NCBI RefSeq assembly: GCF_009834535.1
Contig: NC_045697.1
Location: forward strand, 120,654,001-120,718,000
DNA: 64,000 nt
From: Camelus ferus
Taxonomy: Eukaryota
Reading direction: 5' to 3'
The notes beneath the pieces are model-generated. The model searched no databases, had not been told where the DNA came from, and worked only from the letters and a program-made list of their open reading frames with translations. Made by a program: the position numbers and the translations under genes. Below, in pieces: positions 55,290-64,000 of the stretch (position 1 is the first letter of the stretch; each line of letters begins with the position of its first letter).

Positions 55290-58200
55290 GTGGATGAAAG
55301 TTCTGTAATTCACAGGCACACAACTGACTAATGAATGTTTGTCAAATCCGTGATGAATGCAGTGTTTTCCGACCACGGAAAGTCACTTTGTGGGAAACAA
55401 TTGAAATTGCAATTCTAATGGGTAGAACACACATGCAGAGATTTTTTCTGGGAAAACTTTATGATTTTCGAGACTGACGTTAGGAAAAATCTGTGAAATC
55501 AGGGTAAATATTTCTAGGTGTATTTATGCCTTGTATGGTGGAAGAAAGTTCTGTAATCCAAATGCACACAACTGAGTAATGAATGTTTGTCAAATCCGTG
55601 ATGCATGTAGCGTGTTCAGAAAATGGAAAGTCACTTTGAGGGAAACCATTTAAATTATAATTCTACTGGGTAGAACTCGCATGAAGAGGTTTTTTCTGCG
55701 AAAACTTCATGATTTTTGAAACTGAATTTAGGAAAAAGCTGGGAAAGCAGAGTAAATATTTCTAGGTGTAAATATACCTTGTATGGTGGTGGAAAGTTCA
55801 GAAATCCACATGCTCACAACTCAGTAATGAATGATTTCTAAATCCAATATGCATGTAGCGTGTTATGAACACGGAATGTCATGGTAAGTGAAACATTGTA
55901 AATTCATGTCTATTGGATAGAACATGATCGAAGAGAATTTTTCTGTGAAAACTGCCTGTATTTCGCAAGTGGCATTAGGACAAATCTGCGAACACAGAGA
56001 AAAATGTCTAGGTGTAAATATTCAGTGTTTGGTGGATGAAAGTTTGGTACTCCACATGTTCACAGCTCATTAAAAAATGTTTGTCCAATCCGTGATCCAT
56101 GTAGCGTGTTCTGAACACAGAATATCACGGTGATAGAATCTTTGTAAATTACATCTGTATTGGGTAGAACTCGTTTCAAAAGCATTTTTCTGTGAAATCT
56201 GCCTCATTTTCAAATCTGACATTAGGTAAACACTTCAAAATCTGAGAAAATGCTTCTAAGTGTCAATATGACTTGTATGGTGGATGAAAGTTCGGTAATA
56301 CACACGTTCACCACTCAATAAAGAATGTTTGTCGAATCAGTGATGCATGTAGCGTGTTCGGAACATGCAATGTCACGGTGAGTGAAAGCATTTAAATTAC
56401 ATGTCCACTTGGTAGAACTTGCTGCAAAAGCATTTTTCTGTGAAATCTGCCTCATTTCCCAAACTGGCATTAGGAAAAAATTCGAATTTTGAGAAAATGC
56501 TTCTAAGGGCCAATATGACTTGTATGGTGATGAAAGTTCAGAAATACACATGCAAACAAACCTGTAGTGAATACTTTTTGAAACCGTGATGCATGCAGTT
56601 TTTTCAGAAGACACAATTTGACGATGAGCGAATCTCTGTAAATTACATGTCTATTGGGTGGAACAAGTTCCAAGAGTATATTTCTTTGAAAACTGCCTGA
56701 TTTCAGAAACTGACGTTAGGAAAAATCTGCATATATTTTGTACATGTTTCTAGCTGTATATACACATTTTATGGTAGATGAAAGTTCAGTAATCCACATG
56801 TTAACAACTCAGCAGTGAATATTTGTCGAACCTGCGGTGCAAGTAGCAAGTTTGAAGCACGGAATTTCACGGCGAGGGACTCTATGTAAATTATATGTCC
56901 AATGTGTAGAACATGCTACAAGAGATTTATCCTGCTATAGTTGCCAGATTTTCTAAACTGCCATTAGGAAAAAGCTGCGAACTCAGTAATAATGCTTTTC
57001 TAGGTTTATATATGCCTTATATGGTGGATGAAAATTCTGTAATCTACATGCACACAACTGAGTAACGAATGTTTGTCAAATCCGTGATGAATTTAGCATG
57101 TTCGGACCATGGAAAGTCACTTTGTGGGAAACTATTGAAATTACAATTCTACTGGGTCGAACTCGCTTGCAGAGATTACTTCTGCAAAACATCATGATTT
57201 TCAAAACAGACGGTAGGAAAAAGTAGTGAAATCAGAGTAAATATTTCTAGGTGTATATATGTCTCATATGGTGGATGAAAGTTCTGTAATCCACATGCAC
57301 ACAACTGAGTAATTAACGTTTGTCAAATCCGTGATGCATGTAGCATGTTCAGAAAACGGAAAGTCGCTTTGAGGGAAACTGCTTAAATTACAATTCCTCT
57401 GGATAGAACTCGCTTGAAGAGGTTTTTTCCTGAGAAAACTTCATGATTTTAAAACCTGAATTTAGGAAAAAGCTGTGAAAGCAGAGTAAATATTTCTAGG
57501 TGTAAATATGCCTTGTTTGGTGGATTAAATTTCGGAAATCCACATGCTCTCTAATCAGTAATGAATGTTTTATAAATCCATTATGCATAGAGCGTGTTCT
57601 GAACAGGGAATGTCATGGTAGTTGAAACATTGTAAATTTCATGTCTGTCTGATAGAACACGCTCGAAGAGAATTTTTCTGTGGAAACTGGATGTTTTTTG
57701 CAACTGGCATTCGGACAAATCTGCAAACACAGAGAAAAATTTCTAGGTGTAAATATGCCGTGTTTGTTGGATGAATGTTCGGAAATCAACACGTTCCCAA
57801 CTCATTAATCAATGTTTATCGAATCCGTGATCTATGTAATGTGTTCGGAACACAGACTATCACGGTAATAGAAACCTTGCAAATTACACATGTATTAGGT
57901 AGAACTCGCTCCAAAAGCATTTATCTGCGAAATCTACCTCATTTTCAAAACTGGCATTAGAAAAACACTTCGAAATTTGAGAAAATGATTCTAAGTGTCA
58001 ATATGAATTGTATGGTGGATGAAAGTTCAGTAATCCACATGCTAAAAAATTCTGTAGTGAATATTTGTCGAAAATGTTATGCATGCAGCTTTCTCGGAAC
58101 ACAGAATTTGACGGTGAGGGAACCTATGTAAATTAAATGTCTATTCTGTGGAACTCTCTCCAAGAGAATTTTTCGGTGAAAACTGCCTCATTTTCGAAAC

Positions 58201-59249
58201 TGGCGTTAGGAAAATTTTCAAAAAATGAGAAAATGTTTTTAAGCGACATTATGCCTTGTATGGTATATAAAACTACGGTAATCCACATGCTAACAACTCT
58301 GTATTGAAAATTTGTGGAATCCGAGATGCATGTAGCCTGTTCAGAACACGGAATTTCACGGTGAGCAAATCTTTGTAAATTACAATTCTCTTGGGAAGAA
58401 CTCGCTCCAAGAGCTTTTTGCTGTGAAATCTGCTGCATTTTGGAATCTGGCGATTGGAAACCTCTGTGAAATCAGAGAAAATGCTTCTAAGTATCAATAT
58501 GCCTTTTATTATGCTGAAAGTTCGGTAATCCACATGCAAACACATTTGTAGTGAATATATGTCGAATCCGTTATGCATGTAGCGTGTTCGAAAGACGTAA
58601 TTTCACAGCAATGGGATCTATGTAAATTACATGCCTAGTGAGTAGAAATCGCTCCAACAGTTTTTTCCTTCGAAAAATGCCTAATTTCCAAAACTGCTAT
58701 TAGGAAATTGCTGCGAACCCAGAATTAATGTTTCTAGGTGCAAATATGTCTGGTGTGGTAGATGAAAGTTTGTAATGCACATGCTTACACTCAATATAGA
58801 ATGTTGTAGAATCTGTGATGCATGTAATGTTTTCAGAACACGGAATGTCATGGTAAGTGAAACTATGTAAATTACAAGTGTATTGGATAGAACTCACTCC
58901 AAGAGGATTTTTCTGTGAAAACTGTCTTATTTTCGAAACTGGCATTAAGAAATATCTGCAAATACTGAGTACATGCTTCTAGCTGTATATATACATTGTA
59001 TGGTAGATGAAAGTACATTAATCCACATGCTAACAACTCAGCACTTAATATTTGTCGAACTGCTGTGCATGTAGCATTTTCGAAACACGGTATGTCACGG
59101 CGAGGAGATCTATGTAAATTACATGTCTACTGTGTAGAACACTCTACAAGAGAATTATCCTGCAATAGTTGCCTGATATTCTAAACTGCAGTTAGGAAAA
59201 AGCTGCAAAATCAGAATAATATTTTCAAGGTGTATATATGCATTATATG
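55290..59249 (+). repeat. 16-mer HOR unit (3960 bp), type A
   Basis: M1 anchors at 55290 and 59250. Confidence 0.93.
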
Positions 59250-62200
59250 GTGGATGAAAGTTCTGTAATTCACAGGCACACAACTGACTAATGAATGTTT
59301 GTCAAATCCGTGATGAATGCAGTGTTTTCCGACCACGGAAAGTCACTTTGTGGGAAACAATTGAAATTGCAATTCTAATGGGTAGAACACACATGCAGAG
59401 ATTTTTTCTGGGAAAACTTTATGATTTTCGAGACTGACGTTAGGAAAAATCTGTGAAATCAGGGTAAATATTTCTAGGTGTATTTATGCCTTGTATGGTG
59501 GAAGAAAGTTCTGTAATCCACATGCACACAACTGAGTAATGAATGTTTGTCAAATCCGTGATGCATGTAGCGTGTTCAGAAAATGGAAAGTCACTTTGAG
59601 GGAAACCATTTAAATTATAATTCTACTGGGTAGAACTCGCATGAAGAGGTTTTTTCTGCGAAAACTTCATGATTTTTGAAACTGAATTTAGGAAAAAGCT
59701 GGGAAAGCAGAGTAAATATTTCTAGGTGTAAATATACCTTGTATGGTGGTGGAAAGTTCAGAAATCCACATGCTCACAACTCAGTAATGAATGATTTCTA
59801 AATCCAATATGCATGTAGCGTGTTATGAACACGGAATGTCATGGTAAGTGAAACATTGTAAATTCATGTCTATTGGATAGAACATGATCGAAGAGAATTT
59901 TTCTGTGAAAACTGCCTGTATTTCGCAAGTGGCATTAGGACAAATCTGCGAACACAGAGAAAAATGTCTAGGTGTAAATATTCAGTGTTTGGTGGATGAA
60001 AGTTTGGTACTCCACATGTTCACAGCTCATTAAAAAATGTTTGTCCAATCCGTGATCCATGTAGCGTGTTCTGAACACAGAATATCACGGTGATAGAATC
60101 TTTGTAAATTACATCTGTATTGGGTAGAACTCGTTTCAAAAGCATTTTTCTGTGAAATCTGCCTCATTTTCAAATCTGACATTAGGTAAACACTTCAAAA
60201 TCTGAGAAAATGCTTCTAAGTGTCAATATGACTTGTATGGTGGATGAAAGTTCGGTAATACACACGTTCACCACTCAATAAAGAATGTTTGTCGAATCAG
60301 TGATGCATGTAGCGTGTTCGGAACATGCAATGTCACGGTGAGTAAAAGCATTTAAATTACATGTCCACTTGGTAGAACTTGCTGCAAAAGCATTTTTCTG
60401 TGAAATCTGCCTCATTTCCCAAACTGGCATTAGGAAAAAATTCGAATTTTGAGAAAATGCTTCTAAGGGCCAATATGACTTGTATGGTGATGAAAGTTCA
60501 GAAATACACATGCAAACAAACCTGTAGTGAATACTTTTTGAAACCGTGATGCATGCAGTTTTTTCAGAAGACACAATTTGACGATGAGCGAATCTCTGTA
60601 AATTACATGTCTATTGGGTGGAACAAGTTCCAAGAGTATATTCTTTGAAAACTGCCTGATTTCAGAAACTGACGTTTAGGAAAAATCTGCATATATTTGT
60701 ACATGTTTCTAGCTGTATATACACATTTTATGGTAGATGAAAGTTCAGTAATCCACATGTTAACAACTCAGCAGTGAATATTTGTCGAACCTGCGGTGCA
60801 AGTAGCAAGTTTGAAGCACGGAATTTCACGGCGAGGGACTCAATGTATTTTATGTCCAATGTGTAGAACATGCTATAAGAGATTTATTATGCTATAAGTT
60901 GCCAGATTTTCTAAACTGCCATTAGGAAAAATCTGCGAACTCAGATAATGCTTTCTAGGTTTATATAGCTATATGGTGGATGAAATTGTAACTACATGCA
61001 CAAACTGAGTAATGAATGTTTGTCAAATCCGTGATGAATTAGCAGTTCGGACCATGGAAAGTCCTTGTGGAAACTACTGAAATTACAATCTACTCTGGTC
61101 GAACGCTTGAGAATTACTATGAATGATTTTCAAAACTGACCGGTAGGAAAAAGTAGTGAATCAAGTAAATTTAGGTGTAAATGTTCATATGGTGGATGAA
61201 AGTTCGTAATCCACATGCACAAACGAGTAATTAAGTTGTCAATTGATGCAGTGCGTTCAGAAAACGAGTCGCTTTGAGGGAACTGCTTAAATTACAATTC
61301 CTCTGGATAGAAACTCGCTTGAAGAGGTTTTTCCTGAGAAAACTTCATGATTTTAAAACCTGAATTAGGAAAAAGCTTGTGAAAAGAGAGTAAATATTCT
61401 AGGTGTAAATATGCCTTGTTTGGTGGATTAAATTTCGAAATCACATGCTCTCTAATCAGTAATGAATGTTTATAAATCCATTATGCATAGAGCGTGTTCT
61501 GAACAGGGAATGTCATGGTAGTTGAAACATTGTAAATTTCATATCTGTCTGATAGAACACGCTCGAAGAGAATTTTTCTGTGAAAACTGGATGTTTTTTG
61601 CAACTGGCATTCGGACAAATCTGCAAACACAGAGAAAAATTTCTAGGTGTAAATATGCCGTGTTTGTTGGATGAATGTTCGGAAATCAACAAGTACCCAA
61701 CTCATTAATCAATGTTTGTCGAATCCGAGATCCATGTAATGTGTTCGGAACACAGACTATCACGGTAATAGAAACCTTGCAAATTACACATGTATTAGGT
61801 AGAACTCGCTCCAAAAGCATTTATCTGCGAAATCTGCCTCATTTACAAAACTGGCATTAGAAAAACACTTCGAAATTTGAGAAAATGATTCTAAGTGTCA
61901 ATATGAATTGTATGGTGGATGAAAGTTCAGTAATCCACATGCTAAAAAATTCTGTAGTGAATATTTGTCGAAACTGTTATGCATGCAGCTTTCTCGGAAC
62001 ACAGAATTTGACGGTGAGGGAACCTATGTAAATTAAATGTCTATTCTGTGGAACTCTCTCCAAGAGTATTTTTCGGTGAAAACTGACTCATTTTCGAAAC
62101 TGGCGTTAGGAAAACTTTCAAAACATGAGAAAATATTTGTAAGCGACATTATGCCTTGTATGGTGTATAAAACTACGGTAATCCACATGCTAACAACTCT

Positions 62201-63150
62201 GTATTGAAAATTTGTGGAATCCGAGATGCATGTAGCCTGTTCAGAACACGGAATTTCACGGTGAGCAAATCTTTGTAAATTACAATTCTCTTGGGAAGAA
62301 CTCGCTCCAAGAGCTTTTTGCTGTGAAATCTGCTGCATTTTGGAATCTGGCGATTGGAAACCTCTGTGAAATCAGAGAAAATGCTTCTAAGTATCAATAT
62401 GCCTTTTATTATGCTGAAAGTTCGGTAATCCACATGCAAACACATTTGTAGTGAATATATGTCGAATCCGTTATGCATGTAACGTGTTCGAAAGACGTAA
62501 TTTCACAGCAATGGAATCTATGTAAATTACATGCCTAGTGAGTAGAAATCGCTCCAACAGTTTTTTCCTTCGAAAAATGCCTAATTTCCAAAACTGCTAT
62601 TAGGAAATTGCTGCGAACCCAGAATTAATGATTTCTAGGTGCAAATATGTCTGGTGTGGTAGATGAAAGTTTGTAATGCACATGCTTACACTCAATATAG
62701 AATGTTGTAGAATCTGTGATGCATGTAATGTTTTCAGAACACGGAATGTCATGGTAAGTGAAACTATGTAAATTACAAGTGTATTGGATAGAACTCACTC
62801 CAAGAGGATTTTTCTGTGAAAACTGTCTTATTTTCGAAACTGGCATTAAGAAATATCTGCAAATACTGAGTACATGCTTCTAGCTGTATATATACATTGT
62901 ATGGTAGATGAAAGTACATTAATCCACATGCTAACAACTCAGCACTTAATATTTGTCGAACTGCTGTGCATGTAGCATTTTCGAAACACGGTATGTCACG
63001 GCGAGGAGATCTATGTAAATTACATGTCTACTGTGTAGAACACTCTACAAGAGAATTATCCTGCAATAGTTGCCTGATATTCTAAACTGCAGTTAGGAAA
63101 AAGCTGCAAAATCAGAATAATATTTTCAAGGTGTATATATGCATTATATG
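59250..63150 (+). repeat. HOR unit of 3901 bp with type-B variants and a deletion-riddled M7-M9 segment
   Basis: M1 anchors at 59250 and 63151. About 59 bp shorter than a 16-mer because of scattered small deletions at ~60840-61450. Confidence 0.85.
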
Positions 63151-63860
63151 GTGGATGAAAGTTCTGTAATTCACAGGCACACAACTGACTAATGAATGTT
63201 TGTCAAATCCGTGATGAATGCAGTGTTTTCCGACCACGGAAAGTCACTTTGTGGGAAACAATTGAAATTGCAATTCTAATGGGTAGAACACACATGCAGA
63301 GATTTTTTCTGGGAAAACTTTATGATTTTCGAGACTGACGTTAGGAAAAATCTGTGAAATCAGGGTAAATATTTCTAGGTGTATTTATGCCTTGTATGGT
63401 GGAAGAAAGTTCTGTAATCCACATGCACACAACTGAGTAATGAATGTTTGTCAAATCCGTGATGCATGTAGCGTGTTCAGAAAATGGAAAGTCACTTTGA
63501 GGGAAACCATTTAAATTATAATTCTACTGGTAGAACTCGCATGAAAGAGTTTTTTCTGTGAAAACTTCATGATTTTTGAAACTGAATTTAGGAAAAACTG
63601 GGAAAGCAGAGTAAATATTTCTAGGTGTAATTATACCTTGTATGGTGGTGGAAAGTTCAGAAATCCACATGCTCACAACTCAGTAATGAATGATTTCTAA
63701 ATCCAATATGCATGTAGCGTGTTATGAACACCGGAATGTCATGATAAGTGAAACATTGTAAATTTCATGTCTATTTGGATAGAACACTGATCGAAGAGAT
63801 TTTTCTGTGAAAACTGCCTGTATTTCGCAAGTGGCATTAGGGACAAATCTGTGAACACAG
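63151..63860 (+). repeat. Partial HOR unit (M1-M3), truncated by a gap
   Basis: M1, M2 and M3 diagnostic sequences in order; indels increase toward the gap. Confidence 0.92.
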
Positions 63861-63960
63861 NNNNNNNNNNNNNNNNNNNNNNNNNNNNNNNNNNNNNNNN
63901 NNNNNNNNNNNNNNNNNNNNNNNNNNNNNNNNNNNNNNNNNNNNNNNNNNNNNNNNNNNN
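63861..63960. other. Assembly gap (100 N)
   Basis: Exactly 100 N. Sequence resumes at the M7/M8 junction (TTTCTAGGTTTATATATGCCTTATATGGTGGATGAAAAT), out of phase with M3 before the gap. Confidence 0.99.
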
Positions 63961-64000
63961 ATTTCTAGGTTTATATATGCCTTATATGGTGGATGAAAAT

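Larger units (their letters stand above)
1..64000 (+). repeat. Tandem satellite array, ~247-248 bp monomer, organised as a 16-monomer (~3.96 kb) higher-order repeat
   Basis: The anchor motif GTGGATGAAA or a variant recurs at about 91, 339, 587, 834, 1082, 1328, 1575, 1827, 2075, 2324, 2570, 2819, 3068, 3316, 3562 and 3807. The M1-specific sequence (GTAATTCACAGGCACAC) returns at 4053. Same orientation throughout, with no interrupting sequence except N gaps. Confidence 0.99.

Noticed and set aside
680..62846. Many 60-167 aa ORFs on both strands (for example MNMWSTKLSS..., MALRSIFSKF..., and the 167 aa ORF at 39523-40026)
   Set aside because: They are translations of satellite monomers. They recur with the HOR period, open and close through single substitutions or indels between copies, overlap in several frames and resemble no protein family I recognise.
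1..64000. CRISPR-like array (conserved motif at regular spacing)
   Set aside because: The intervening sequence is homologous between units rather than unique spacers, the ~248 bp period is far too long, and there are no cas genes.
1..64000. Transposon insertions, inversions, telomeric repeats, or rDNA/tRNA/5S units
   Set aside because: None seen. Every segment maps to M1-M16 in the same orientation and the unit shows no recognisable RNA-gene sequence.

Overview
The whole 64 kb window is one head-to-tail, single-orientation, AT-rich satellite array. I see no genes, RNA genes, transposons or unique sequence, and all listed ORFs are by-products of the repeat. The basic monomer is ~247-248 bp, anchored on (AT)GGTGGATGAAAG. 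Sixteen distinguishable monomer types (here M1-M16) form a higher-order repeat (HOR) of ~3.96 kb, present in about 16 copies, an organisation like that of primate alpha-satellite. The 16-mer splits into two homologous halves (7+9 monomers). HOR length variants made by in-register monomer fusions are visible: one 23-mer, two tandem 14-mers and one 15-mer. A probable 31-monomer super-period of ~7.67 kb occupies 47.6-63 kb, and the copies fall into spatially clustered sequence subfamilies. Two 100-N gaps and several indel-rich stretches mean some structure may be assembly artefact. The array is most likely eukaryotic (peri)centromeric or heterochromatic DNA. I do not recognise the satellite family or the organism, and centromere function cannot be shown from sequence alone. 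All coordinates and periods were read by eye.
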